Origin: Eledone cirrhosa
Taxonomy: Eukaryota
Direction of reading: 5' to 3'
Assembly: GCA_964016885.1 (NCBI GenBank)
Contig: OZ024741.1
Coordinates: forward strand, 133,114,001-133,178,000
DNA length: 64,000 nt
Shown here piece by piece: positions 43,221 through 56,610 of this stretch. A program made the translations under genes and the position numbers. Positions within the stretch are counted from its first letter, which is position 1; each line of letters begins with the position of its first letter. The notes below the pieces were generated by a model. The model worked only from the letters and a program-made list of their open reading frames with translations. It had not been told where the DNA came from and searched no databases.

Positions 43221-43849
43221 AGTATAATCGATCAAATTGATCGATAAGATCCCAGACCACATTCACTCACCAAATGAGGTGGAACTCATCAAATCATGGA
43301 AACAATGTTTGCATTGGTCTTTCCATTGCTGATACTATCTACCAGTTGCAACTCCTGGCAGAAAGTGCAATGTGAAATAAAGTGTCTTGCTCAAGGACAT
43401 AATGCATCACCCAGTTCAGGATTGAACTCACAACCACATGATGGCAAATCCAATTCTCTAACCACTAAGCTATATGCCTTCAAAAGTATAAGCAAGGAAC
43501 TAAATAAGCTCCTATTAATTTCACCTCTTTGCTCTTATCTGTTTTACCTTTTTATATGCCTCAAACTCTTAGCTAAATACTGTATCATTTGTACACTGCT
43601 ACCATTTAGCATGATGAGGCATTTGCCCCATCCATACACAATCCATCTTTATTAGGCAGTATCAGTAGGGCATCAGAAATGCTTTGCAGCATATAGTTAC
43701 GTCCTTTATGTTCTGAATTCAAATCCTGCCTTTCATTTTTATGGGGTCAATAAAATAAAGTACCAGTAACACACTTGGGTCGATTTAATCAACTTTCCCC
43801 TCTCCAAAAATTGTTGGCCTTGTAACTAAATCAGAAACCATTATTAGCA

Positions 43850-44040
43850 GTGGATTGGCAGTATCGGTAGAGGGTCAGACGACATGCTTTGACGCATAGA
43901 GTTACGACCCTTTCCATTCTGAGTTCAAATCCCGCCGAGGTTAACTTTGCCTTTCATCCTTACGGGGTCGATAAAATAAAGTACCAGTAATACACTGAGA
44001 TAATTGCTGGCCTTGTGCCAAAAGTAGAAACAATTATTAT
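43850..44040 (+). mobile_element. tRNA-derived SINE family A (MetaSINE-like central domain)
   Basis: A box TGGCAGTATCGG, B box GAGTTCAAATCC, domain GCCTTTCATCCTTACGGGGTCGATAAAATAAAGTACCAG. Many copies, e.g. 22990, 23665, 47286, 52738, 58548, 60918. Confidence 0.85.
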
Positions 44041-46887
44041 TCTGAACACCATTGTCACAATAACTCTTCAACCATCATCTTTTCACTATGAGGAAACTGT
44101 GGAGATTAGATGTTGGAGTTGGCTTTATTCTCACTAACATGAAATAAACCTGCTGGTATGATGGATAAAAGATTTTATCAGTTAAAAGTTATTTTTAAAG
44201 AGAGACAGTAAAAATTCTGCAATATATAAGAGAGGATGGGCATTCAATGGTGAACATTTTCTACATCAAATATAACAAAAGTTGCTTTCAACATGTTTTT
44301 TGTATGTATTAGTGTATGTGTGTTGTCAGCCAAGTTAGTATCTAAAAGAAATCCTTCAGTTTAGCTATACTGTCCACTTTTATTCCCAATCCTTTCTATC
44401 TACTTGTTATTTTAAAAAGGTCACTGCTACTATAAACAGACACACAATGTATTCAAACCATAAGATGAATAGTATAGTCAACCTCCTTACAAAAAGTTAC
44501 TCTTTAGATATAAAAATGTTTGGCCACTTCATCATTTCCCCCTCTCTACACTGCAGAAATACAAATCACTAACAATGTTAACTCTTCACCATATTGAAAG
44601 ACACTACCTATGTGTTTCAAATAATGTTGAAAATAATCAAAATAATCATTTGGATTGATTTAATAAATTAACCAAGTTTCTCACTATTACAATACTGTTT
44701 GGAACCTAACAACGGTTCTTACATATAATTATGATTGAAGTTTTTTAAGTAAACCATCCTCCTCATCATTTAACATCCATTTTCCGTACTTGCATGGGTT
44801 AGACAGGTTGTTCCGTTATGAGACAATTTGGATCAGGAGACCAGGTCTTACTCATCTGGATCCGTATTTTGGCTTGGTTTCTACGAGTGGATACCCTTCC
44901 TAACACCAACCACATTACAGTGTGGATTGGGTAGTTTTTGTTGTGTCACCAGCACAACCACTCAAGGTGGACTGTGTGGTTTTCTATTGAAAAACATTGT
45001 TTATGATTTTCAAATAATTTTTTAAATAATCAAGAATTTGGAGGGTACATAAAATTATAATAGGTTTTTAGTTAAGCATAAACATTTAAAAATATATACA
45101 GCATTGTATCACAGAACCGGTGTTGGTTTCAGGCAGTTTGGTGTCAAAAAGGTTAGTCTAGATTGCAAAAATCTGTTGAAACGATGGTGTTGTTAATGGG
45201 AGTTTCACTTTGAAAGTATTTCATTCTAAAATAATTGTTTCTACTTTATGCACAAGGCCAGCAATTACCCAGTGCATTACTGTACTTTATTTTATCGACC
45301 CCGTAAGGATAAAATAATTATAGATAAAATGATTTATAACCTTGCAAAATTCTGTTGTGATAAAAAAAATAAAAAACGAACACACAAAAATCCAACTAGC
45401 GTTACAGAGAAGCTATTAGAATGTCAAGGGGGCTTAGACGAAAACAACTAGTAGTGAAATTTGAAAATACAGTCACCACAATGCGGATAACTATAATAAT
45501 AGTTGAATAAATTTTAAAGTGGACAGGGACGACTGAAATTTCCCAGTGCTTCTTAAGCTAAGCAACCCTTGTTTAAATTAATAGTGAGATTGTTAGAAGT
45601 AATCAAATGTTGATGGAGACAAATCGTTATGCGAAAGGGCGGATAGAAGGATAGAATTTATTAGGAATCCTGCACCGGGCAAATTGTTGCATGCAGACTA
45701 GTGTGTGACTGTGAAACTAATAGCGACATTATGGTGTATGTATATTTAACAAGGAAAAATGGTTACTGGCAAATACCGGGGGGGGGTTACACATGCGAGC
45801 TAATGTTTTTGGCAGGTGGAGGGGAGCTAGATATTGAACAGTTTGGCTATATTTTAAAAGCTATCACTAGACTTCAATAAACATATGACCGAATAATTTC
45901 TACTTTATTTGAGAGTCAAGAAAAATTATATTTTTTAATAATAACTTTATGAGAGAAACTAACAAATTAAATATTAATATCTATATCAAAGTATCATTTG
46001 GCAAATATAATATATGCAACCATTAATTAACATTTTTCTTCTCTAAATACGGATATAAACAGTTTTTCTTTGGTGCAACAATTAGACTATTTCTTCACGT
46101 ATTCTGTTTAGATAAACACAGATATTGAAATAGGTAGGTAAATAGATAGACAGATTGACTGACAGACAGATATAGGTAGGTGTATGTGTATGTTTACACT
46201 AATCCAATTGAAAAACTAATAGGTTACCTAAATATCTATAACACAGCTGCTTTGAGTGCGGTTGATGTTGTACGAGTAGAGTCAATAAAGAGAGAGTGTG
46301 GGTGCGAGGAAGGGAATATTTCAATGATCAGAGATCCAATTGTTCAATAATAATGATAATGATTTCAAGGATGAAATATTGATAACTGTGGCAGCTTTCA
46401 AAGAAGACAATCATTTTCACACACACGCTCTTCATATCTAGCGCGTATTTCATTGATTCTCAAACACAAACTGATATTTTTATAGTTATTGCATCTGCAA
46501 TATTAAGCTAGATACAAAGGTTGACTCCTTAAACTTATTTTCTGCTTACAAAAACAACACTAGGGTTAAAAAAAAAATGTGAGACTATATCCCTACATTG
46601 ACTCTATCCCTTGAAATTTAAAAATATATAAGATAACACTATAGCAGTCTATATACACAAAAATATATTCAAATACAGATCTTCCGCTAAAAAAATTGTT
46701 TTTCGGCAACAGTTGAGCATACATATATAAGGAATATATATATATTTTAAAGAGTTAAACAAGATTCAATGAGTACATCAAAGAATGAGTTTTACAGTAG
46801 ATTGAAAGCACTCTACAAGAAGATATTTTCCAGTTATTAATATTAAATTCAAATATTAATAAAATAGATGTTCTTGTGATCAATTAA

Positions 46888-46954
46888 ATTTTATTATACA
46901 TATTTCAGAGGTACTTGAATCAAGTTCAATAGTACGTCCTCATCAGATAAAATA
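46888..46954 (-). ncRNA. Minimal type I hammerhead ribozyme motif (family 2)
   Basis: Reverse-complement counterpart of 46968-47034. Confidence 0.72.
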
Positions 46955-46967
46955 AAATGATACATTT

Positions 46968-47034
46968 TATTTTATCTGATGAGGACGTACTATTAAACTT
47001 GATTCGAGTACCTCTGAAATATGTATAATAAAAT
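46968..47034 (+). ncRNA. Minimal type I hammerhead ribozyme motif (family 2)
   Basis: TATTTTAT-CTGATGA(46976-46982)-ggacgtact...agtacctct-GAAA(47016-47019)-TATGTA-TA-ATAAAAT. Confidence 0.72.
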
Positions 47035-47078
47035 TTAATTGATCACAAGAACATCTATTTTATTAATATTTGAATTTA

Positions 47079-47110
<32 letters not shown>

Positions 47111-47147
47111 ATACTCAACTATGTGTGTGTATATATATATACATATA

Positions 47148-47249
47148 CAGGGTGTCCCCCAAAAATGTATACATACTTCAACATCATTCTACTAAATAAT
47201 GCCTGTACATGTATTCAAAGTGAGTATACATTGTTGGGGGGATACCCTG
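47148..47249. mobile_element. Tc1/mariner-like MITE (102 bp)
   Basis: TA-CAGGGTGTCCCCC...GGGGGGATACCCTG-TA with ~30-bp imperfect TIRs. Confidence 0.8.
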
Positions 47250-48590
47250 TATGTATGTGTGTATATATATATATTTATATATATAATTGTTTCTACTTTT
47301 GGCACAAGGCCAGCAATTATCCCAGTGTACCACTGGTACTTTATTTTATCGACCCCGTAAGGATGAAAGGCAAAGTTAACCTTGGCGGGATTTGAACTCT
47401 GACCATTATATATATATATATATATATATAATGCCACTAGATACAAACTCATTTTGTATCTATAGTTAGCACTCTTAATGTATGTTATAAAAGGTAAATT
47501 ATGCCTTCATTTTAAATAATAAAAGCCAGTAGATATTTGTGCTTTTATGGTTACTCAAAATACTTTTGCCCTATTATAGTTATACGTGTGTATACATGGA
47601 TATGCGAGTGTTTACACGTGTGTATGTGTATACATGTGTATGTGAACGGATATTGACACACCTGGAGCAACGACGGAGCTTCCTACGCGATCGATGGACC
47701 TGCTTGAAATAGCACCAAACCTCCTTCAAATTATACCTATAGCCATAACAAAAAGGACACGTCCGATAACGTAGTTCGAGATACACTATATTAGAATAAA
47801 AACTACCTTTCGTCATAGATCTGCTGTTTCAAATACAGAAATATTAATAATAGTGATGTAAATTTTGAAATATTTATTTCTAAGAGTCCTTTAAGATACT
47901 AAACCGCCTGAAATTACACTCGGTTCTACAATAGAAAGCTGTTTATTTTAACATGTTTATATTTATCAAAAAGCTTTCCATAATCATTTCATGAAAGCCT
48001 TTATTAGGTTATGTTCCAAACACCAATTTAAGAATAAGAAAGTCAGTTATTTTACTAAATCCTTCCGAATTCTTAATTATTTTAGAAATTATTTGAAAAT
48101 CACAACAGGCAGAATCTTTCATTAGAAATATGTCCCCTGTTTGTAAAGCCAGTTGTGCGGAAACAATCTAGGAAAAAAATATAGGATGACGGTATCAACA
48201 GATGAAGCGTGGCGTTACTTGTTATATAGTATCATGTTTGTATTAGACTAGGTTAATTTTAACAGTAGGGCAGGTATATAAATGTGTGTGTGTATATATA
48301 TACATACACACACACAGGCAGCTTGATTTAACAGTTAACAATGTACTCTTATTTTGCCTTTCATCCTTACGGGGGTCGATAAAATAGAGTACCAGTAATG
48401 CACAGGATAATTGCTGGCCTTGTGCCAAAAGTAGAAACAACTATATATATATAAAGTAGAAGTTGAATTTAATTTGTTGGAAGTCCTACAAACATAAATG
48501 TTTATAACTGATTTAGAGCACTCAACGGTTTAATGGAGTAAATATTCAATGATATTAAATAAATGGAAACTATATTTATAAAACCATATT

Positions 48591-48655
48591 TATTTTATTA
48601 TATATATTTCAAGGGCGACCAAGACAACATTGGTACGCTTTCATCAGATAAAATA
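48591..48655 (-). ncRNA. Minimal type I hammerhead ribozyme motif (family 1, perfect 8-bp stem I)
   Basis: Minus strand: TATTTTAT-CTGATGA-aagcgtacca...tggtcgccctt-GAAA-TATATA-TA-ATAAAATA, within a pLTR-like repeat at 48480-48675. Confidence 0.75.
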
Positions 48656-49399
48656 CAAAGTTTGTTTTATAAATAGAGACGTACCCATGAAAATCATACC
48701 TTATCAGTTGGAAATTCACTGGATAGTATATATATATATCTATAGATATAGATATATACACACACACACATACATACATTTTATTAAGGCTAAATAGTGA
48801 GTCTTGTTACTCTGGAGTTTCGCCTTTTTATTTGAGTAAGACTTACTATTTAGCCTTAATAAAATGAATATTTTAAACTCTACTTGGGTATTGAGTATAC
48901 TCTTTTCTCTCAGCCGTCATTCACATACGGACACACAAACCCACAATTATATAGGCCTATAAAGCAAGCTTGCTTTCACAGTTATTGTACTCTTACACAC
49001 ACACAAAGGAAGGAAATGGATCTCCATCGGTTTTAACGATGTTCAGGTTGTTCGATTAACAGAACAAACTATTCATGAAATTAAAGTGTAAATGTCCACA
49101 GACACGTATACCTTTAATGTAATTCTCAGGAAGATCCTGCGCAATACTGTGTGTGACAAGACTGGCCTTTTAAATTACAGGTAGTTTCCATCAACCTATT
49201 TTCAGTTACAAAGCATGGGTTGACCTGGGGCCATGGTAAATGGCACATACCCAAAATGCTATGCAGACCTAATGATTGCGAAGTGAACTTCTTAACCATT
49301 TGACTATGCAGCGTCCACATGCACACACACATACATACTATTTACCTATGAGATATAATGCAGCAGCCTAAACACTATAAAATACAATCTGTAGAAAAG

Positions 49400-49800
49400 A
49401 TAGTCCTGAAAATAAAAATATAAAGTTACAGTGATGTGGAAGACATATCTACACAATATGAAAGAGTACTGGTGGAATGTTCTAGTCAAAACCCCCAATG
49501 CAAACATAACAGACCAGATATAGTGATATGGAACAGAGAGAAGAAGGCATTCACAGTAGTGGAAATCAGCTGCTCAACAGATGTCAATAAAATGCTAAAG
49601 ATTAGCAAAACAGGGGACATTTATGTTGAACTAATGAGGAATTTGTAGATGCTCCACCCTGACTATATTTGTATCTGTGATTATTGGGGCTCTTGGATAT
49701 ATTACTAACTTCCTCAGTAGAAATCTTGAGAAGCTGGGCTTTACAGAACCAGAAAGGGCATGGCTAGTTTGGAAGTTGCAGATACAGTCCATTACTAAAA
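49400..49800 (+). mobile_element. Remnant of a LINE with restriction-like endonuclease (R4/NeSL-type)
   Basis: HNRPDIVIWNREKKAFTVVEISC (PD...E-x-x motif), followed by a decayed IIGALG motif. Confidence 0.7.
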
Positions 49801-49949
49801 TTAAAATATTTTTGGAAAATTCGTAGTGGTTTCTGGGGTGAGTGAGTCTTTTTACAGAGTAGAGATATCGGCCTTGTGCCTAACCTTCCTCCATAGGATC
49901 AATATGGATTGATTGTGATGGGCCCAGATCAAAGCCAAAAGGACATCTG

Positions 49950-52150
49950 AATTATGACTAATAAAGTTTTCTATGACAAACAAATCACAAACATCACCAC
50001 TTGGAATGTCCGCACCTTATATCAAAGTGGAAAGCTGGCCCAAGTCACTAAAGAAATGACCAGATACAATTTAGACACACCAGGGTTGGCTGAAATGAGG
50101 TGGGCAGGGAACGGCAAACTTAACCATGAGAAAGTAACCATCTTGTACTCAGGTCATACAGATTGTCACCACAGAGGCGCTGGTACTGTACTAAGGAAAG
50201 ATGCTGCTAAAGTACTCATTGAAAGGATTCCTGTAAATGAAGGCATTATAACAGCCTGTTTACAGACAAGGCATGCAAAAGTGTCTATCATCCATGTATA
50301 CACTCCAACTGAGTTAGCAAGTGAAGAAGATAAAGATACTTGAAAAAACACTGAACAACACTCCATGCTATGATATCAAATTACTGATTGGCAACTTCAA
50401 TGCCAAGATAAGTAGTGATCATAAGGGTCAAGAGAATGTTATTGGCTCTTCTGGTTCTTCTGAAAACTTTGACAGCAATGGAGGATGACTTTTTTTTGCA
50501 ACTTGAATGGCCGTTCTATTTGTAATACATATTTCAAACATAAAGAGATCTACAAAATTACCTGGCACTCTCCAGACAAGAAAACTTACAATGAGATTGA
50601 TTACATCTACATCATCATCATCATTTAACATCCATTTTTCATGCTTGCATGGGTTAGACAGGTCATCATGTTATGAGACAAGTCAGGTAAAAAAAAATGA
50701 GGCTCTTGCAAAGAATAAGGGATCTCAGCTGAATCTTGGAATTTGATTGATGACAGGAAATGATCAAATTAAAGCAATACCAACCAAAAACACAAGACCA
50801 AATCGAGACTTACACCAAAATGCATAATAAAATTAGCAGGGATGTTAAAAAGTATTGCAATGTAGACAAACGGAACTGGTTAGAAAGCAAATGTAATAAT
50901 GCCCAAACAGCAGCAAAATGAAATGACAGTAGAACCCTGTTAACAGTTGTGCAAGACCTGACAAACACTCACAACCATAGTAAAATAGTACAAGTTAAGG
51001 ACAAAAATGATTGGTTGTCATGACACAGAAAAAGCAATCAAAACAATGGACGGAACACTTCAGCAAAGTGCTAAACCAACCAAGCTTAACATCAACTTTA
51101 GATCTTGATAGAATAGAAAATACACCAATAATTCAGTAATATAAGAAGGGAAGGAGTGCACGAAGCAATCCAGGCCCAGAAGAATAACAAGTCCCCTTGA
51201 TTAGACTCCATGCCTGTTGAGCTCCTAAAATACTGAGATGTCAGCATAGGATAGCTGACAGAAATCAGAATGATAATCTGGAATAAAGAGAAAAGACACC
51301 TACTGAAGAGTTAAAAGGAGTCATAGTAAAAATCTTTAACAAAGGAGTACTTGCTGATTATGACAATTGGTAATGTATAACTCTTCTAACTATGGCCTAA
51401 AAAATCATATGTTAGCTGCTGTTGAAAAGATTACAACAGGAACTGAACAATAAACTTAGAAGTGAACAGGCATGTTTTTTAAAAAGATCATACAATGAAC
51501 AAATATTCACACTAAGGAACATCATTGAGCAACCACTGGAGTATAGTACACTGCTAGTAATAAATTATATTGACTTCAAAAAAGCTTTTGTGTACACCAC
51601 CAGTTACTCTGGTTGAGCCTCCAGATCTATGGTGTCCCTGATCACTTTACTAAAATCTTTAAAGTCTTTATCAAGACTTAAATTGTTGTGTAAAAAACGG
51701 AATCAGGATTTACTGAGTTCTTTTCAATGTTATTGGGAATGCACAGGGATGTAACCTATCTCTATTCTTTTTCTTGATAATCTTGGGCTACATTATGAGA
51801 AAGTTCTTGGATACCTGTGGACAGAGCTTAACAAGGGGAAGAGTAAAACTGACAGATTTAGACTTTCCCAGTGACTTAGCTCTTGCCAATGTACAAAAAT
51901 GCAGACTATGACAAAGGCCCAGGTTGAAACAGCTGAAAAAGTAGGTTTGAGAGTAAATACATAAAAACAAAAATACAGAAAGTTGCCTACAATGAAGCAT
52001 ATGAAGTCTCAATCAATGAAGAAAAGATAAATGTTCAATGCTTCACATATCTTAGCACCATTCAGATAGCAGATGGCAATATTGAAGCTGACATAAAACA
52101 AAAGATAACCAAAGGGGCTGAAGTATTCAACAAGATCCAATCAATGTAAC
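49950..52150 (+). mobile_element. Decayed RTE/BovB-like LINE (APE and RT)
   Basis: TWNVRTL, GLAEMRW, VYTPTE, IGNFNAK, NEIDYI, EQIFTLRNIIEQ and IDFKKAF motifs, with many stops. Confidence 0.85.
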
Positions 52151-53723
52151 AATCAAAGAAACTCGCATAAATGGTGAGGAGGAGAGAGAGATCTAGTCGG
52201 TCCTTGGCCACGATGACCATCCATATTGGAACACTAATAAAATCATAGTTTATCCCTCCTTCCATCTCACTCTTTCTGCTGCTATCACTTCCACTTACTA
52301 CTTCCGCCATAAAACTATACCTTTCCTTTTACTCTAGCGATAGGATACAAACCAGGCATATTTTTCCCTCGTTCTCTGGTTCGTTTGTCCTGTTTTGTTT
52401 TGTTACCATACATCATCACACATACATCATATCAGCAGAAATGCTTATTTATTTTCTGCTGCACGAGCTGGCCCAAAATATGTAATCCTCTCTCTTTCTT
52501 GTGTGAAACTACATAGCCAGATGAGAGCTTATGAAGTTGAGATGCATCTGTGCTTTTATCTTGTAACTTTTCCCCAATCATTTTGAAACTTTGGTCTCCA
52601 TTTGTTTTCCTTGTCACTACTACATGCCAACACACTCCTCTCTTAATCATCTATAGTTTTCACCCACCCAACCTCACAATATTCCGTTTCTCCATAGTGG
52701 CCACTGGCCACAATTTTCCATATTTAGTGGTATACAATCTGAGTTCAAATCCCGCCGAGGTTGACTTTGCCTTTCATCCTTACGGGGTCGATAAAATAAA
52801 GTACCAGTAATGCACTGGGTAATTGCTGGCCTTGTGCCTAAAGTAGAAACAATTATTAAAGGCAGTCGGCTATTTTAACAGCTATTTCTCATGTTTGAGT
52901 TTCCCATTTTTCTATGAACTTCATATTCCCTCAAAGTTTAGTTTCAATAATTTTCAATACACCCAATATATGTGTGTATATATATATATATATACACACA
53001 CACATATATAAAAAGCTCCCAGTCCACACTACAAAGTGATCATCTTGGTGACACAACAAAAAGTGCCCAGCCCACACTGTAAAGTAGTCATGTTTGTGTA
53101 AACCATGAAAAACACCCAGTCCAAGCTCTAAAGTGGTCATTTTAGTGTCATAATAAAAAGCACAGTCCACACTGTAAATGTTGGTGTGAGGAAGGGCATC
53201 CTGCCATAGAAACAAAGCCAGAAACAGTTACTGACCTGACTTGTATCACAACAGGGCAATTCATCAAACCCATGCTAGTGTGGAAAAATGGACGTTAAAC
53301 AATGATGTGTGTGTGTGTGTATACATACATACATACATACACATATACTCCTACCTTAGATCTTCATTATGGGATTGGATTTAACCTGACTCTACGTGAA
53401 CTTCCACCTGCACTCTCCTTCAGATCACTGGACTTTTCATTGCATTTTGTATATACATATATATATAAACAATATATATAGAGAGAGACTGAGAGTTACA
53501 AGTTTAGATTAGTAAGACCATTGTTCAGCTAAGTTCTCAATACTTAGTTGGGAAAGTAGTGTAGGTATTTTAAAGAGTTAGTACTCAGCGGCTGAGCTCA
53601 TGTGTATATACATATACACACACACATATATATACATACACACACACATATATATATATACATACACACACACAGATATATATACATACACACACACAGA
53701 TATATATACACACAGAGATATAG

Positions 53724-53756
<33 letters not shown>

Positions 53757-53981
53757 TATATATATACACACAGATATATATATATGTGTGTTAGTATAGG
53801 TTTTGTTGGTGATATACTGGGGTTGTTTTGGGTATTGAAGGGCACGATTACTTTTACTTTATATCTTGAGTGGTAAGTCAGTAAATTGAGTTTAGTAAAT
53901 AAATGAATTTTACTTGAGTTCGTGAATAGCATTAATTTGGAGTCTCTTTGTGTTAATGTTAAAGCAATTAACAGTTACAAT

Positions 53982-54037
<56 letters not shown>

Positions 54038-54232
54038 ATTGGTGTGTAATGTTTAGTTACAATTAGTTCACCAGTTTGAGGACTCAATGCTAATATGGGT
54101 CCGGCAGCCGATGTGGTGGTATTCTACGTTTGGCATTTCACCGTAGTCGTTATCCTTAAGAAGCAGATTGTTAATAATAATATTAATAAGGAGCGGGAAC
54201 GAAGTATCAAAATAACATCGCTATGTTTATTT

Positions 54233-54266
<34 letters not shown>

Positions 54267-54591
54267 ATATATATATTTGTGTGTGTGTGAAGTCCACAAA
54301 CACCCTAAAGCGAACGTCAACCTGCACTCATGACTCCTGCCAAACCAAACCTCACCCATCCTCTAAATTCGGCAAACCAAACACGTATAGTATATATACT
54401 ATCCCAAGTTGTATGGGATGATTAAAAAGGGTTAGCGTAAGGAAGGGTATCCGGCTATATGCTACTGCTTCAAAATGTCCCGTGCAACACATGAATGAAT
54501 TTAAAAAGGCTGACGTAAAAACGATAATGATGATGATATATATGTATATACAGATATATAAAATGTGTGTATTCATATATATACACACACA

Positions 54592-54810
54592 GGTATGAGC
54601 CCACCGAGATACCAGTGAGGGCTTCCCTCGGGTGGAAGCCAGAAGTGGAACAAAGTAGACCCGTCAAGACCTGATTGAGGTCTGTGGGAAAAGACCTAGC
54701 AGATATGGGCTTCGCCAAGGAGCAGGCCCTCGTGAGGCCTTGTGACGGTGCGGAGTGGAGATCTCTCGTCAGCCAACACTCCATAGGGAGCGAAAGAAAC
54801 TGAAGAAGAA
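54592..54810 (+). mobile_element. RTE-like LINE extreme 3' end with (GAA)n tail
   Basis: RPVKT*LRSVGKDLADMG...DGAEWRSLVS, then GAAGAAGAA. Confidence 0.55.
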
Positions 54811-54822
54811 TGGGTATATATT

Positions 54823-54859
<37 letters not shown>

Positions 54860-55017
54860 GAAAGAGAAAGGTAGGGAGATAAATAAACATATAGTAAGAC
54901 AGGTTAGTTAATGTTATGGCCATATTGAAGTTGACAGATCTGAAATGGTTTGTTTTTTAACATTTGTCATCTGTTGAAATACATAGATTTGACGAAAAAA
55001 GCATTAGTGAAACTCAC

Positions 55018-55147
55018 CGTTTTGAACATTCAATGCATTCAAAGTTTCAATAGCCGGTTGTGGATCACTATTGCTCCTCTGTCGCTGGTATTCACGACCG
55101 TCTACTGTTGTTACTTCTGTTTGAGTCGCCATTTCAACATCAGCCAT
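55018..55147 (-). CDS. Probable first coding exon of a host gene, product unknown (MADVEMATQTEVTTVDGREYQRQRSNSDPQPAIETLNALNVQN, phase 1)
   Basis: ATG in strong context (AAG-ATG-G); in-frame TGA 12 nt upstream; 43 open codons in unique, CpG-retaining sequence; consensus donor G|GTGAGT at 55017. Too short for the ORF track. Confidence 0.7.
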
Positions 55148-55170
55148 CTTCAGAGGTCACTTCCGCCGTC
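55143..55170 (-). promoter_or_regulatory. ETS-like (GCGGAAGTG) and YY1-like (AAGATGGC) motifs at the putative 5' end
   Basis: Minus strand GGCGGAAGTGACCTCTGAAGATGGCT. This motif pair is typical of metazoan housekeeping promoters. Confidence 0.5.
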
Positions 55171-56103
55171 TTCACCTTCAGACTTTTACCTTCTTGATTC
55201 AGAGATTCACGTTCGAGCCCAGCTCACAATAATAAATTTTACACTTTCTCTGTACATGACATATATATCGTATTTGTTGCGTTCATTTATCTACTTACAT
55301 ATATATATATATATAATTTATTTATGTTCCTACACGAAACAAAATTTTGAACATCTCCCAAAAATGTAAGCGCGATCAAATTTTACTACATATATATATA
55401 TATATATATATAAATATATATATATATGCATGTATATATATATTATATATATATATTTACAATGTGTGTGTTTATTAAATACAATTACATGTATACTAAA
55501 ATGTTGATGAGAAAATCGAAACGAAATTTAAGTATGTTGCTATAAAAAACCAAAACATTTACACAGAAGGAACGAATACTAATAAACGACTTATCCATGA
55601 ATCTGCGCGTGTGTTTGTGTATATTAATGTCATATCATTCTTAATTATCAATTTAGTGTTATTTCTTCGTTTTCTACGAATCTCGTTCATTTTACTCGAT
55701 TATATTTTCTTTTTCTTTCCTTTTCTATATATATATTTTTAATCTTCGTATATTCAGCTGATTTCTGTTTCGCTACAGCCAATATTTGCCAAACATGTCT
55801 CTTCTTATATCCTAAACATACAATTATGTACCCAAATATATATATATGCATATATGAGAGTAAAAGACAAAAATAGTCTGTAGTTTTCATCTTTGTAATC
55901 CTAATTCCCTATTGATTTACCTCGCACTGCAACGCATACATCCACACACGTGTGTGTGTGTATATATATATATATATAGGTGTATATATATATATAGGTT
56001 TGTTGGTTCCAAAGCCGAAATACGATTCTCGCTAATTTATATTTGTATATATATATATACAATGATATTAAATCAATGGAAACTATATTTATAAAACCAT
56101 ATT

Positions 56104-56164
56104 TTTTCCATTATATATATTTCAAGGGTACCAAAACTATGGTACGCTTTCATCAGATAAAATA
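56104..56164 (-). ncRNA. Minimal type I hammerhead ribozyme motif (family 1)
   Basis: Minus strand: TATTTTAT-CTGATGA-aagcgtaccatagttttggtaccctt-GAAA-TATATA-TA-ATGGAA. Within repeat 56060-56350, whose distal part is inverted. Confidence 0.7.
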
Positions 56165-56410
56165 CAAAGTTTGTTTTATAAATTTTGACATAACCAAGAA
56201 AAGATACCTTAACGGTTCAAATTTTCCTGGAAAAAAAAAGTTATCCAAGGAAAACTTGAACCCTTAAGAAAACTGTCGAGTGCTCTGAATCAGTTATAAA
56301 GATTTATATTTGTTGAATTACCAACAAATTGAATATCCCTTTTGCTTATATATATATATTATAATAAAATAACAGGAGGCTGGACTTGTGTAAATCCTTG
56401 AAAGGTTTAT

Positions 56411-56470
56411 TATACTATGATCATTTCAATGACCGGGTTCCGTATGAATCCGGTGATATCATCAGGTATT
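56411..56470 (-). ncRNA. Minimal type I hammerhead ribozyme motif (family 3)
   Basis: Minus strand: ATAC-CTGATGA-tatcaccggattc-atacg-gaacccggtcatt-GAAA-TGATCA (palindrome)-TA-GTAT. Confidence 0.72.
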
Positions 56471-56610
56471 CGAAATATAACAGATAAAATCCATGGGGCT
56501 GAAAATCATAGACAAGAGGACGACCGACCATCTAGCACCTTCTACTTTAGTCGGTCGCCCTCTATCCAGTGGTGAACCAACAAACCTAAATATATATAAA
56601 TATATATGTA

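Larger units (their letters stand above)
46840..47082. repeat. Near-perfect 243-bp palindrome (120-bp arms, 3-nt loop, 2 mismatches seen)
   Basis: 46840-46959 versus 46963-47082. Confidence 0.95.

Noticed and set aside
44490-44550. Minus-strand acceptor ttgtatttctgcAG as exon 2 (also candidates at 40567-40593 and 18242-18276)
   Set aside because: Stop codons in the required phase, weak splice sites, or overlap with a repeat.
52510-52553. Hammerhead-like CAGATGA-gagctt-atg-aagtt-GAGA-TGCA-TC
   Set aside because: Both core boxes are mutated and stem I is weak.
54950-55369. 139-aa plus-strand ORF
   Set aside because: It is the antisense shadow of the minus-strand exon and runs into (TA)n, with no coding features of its own.
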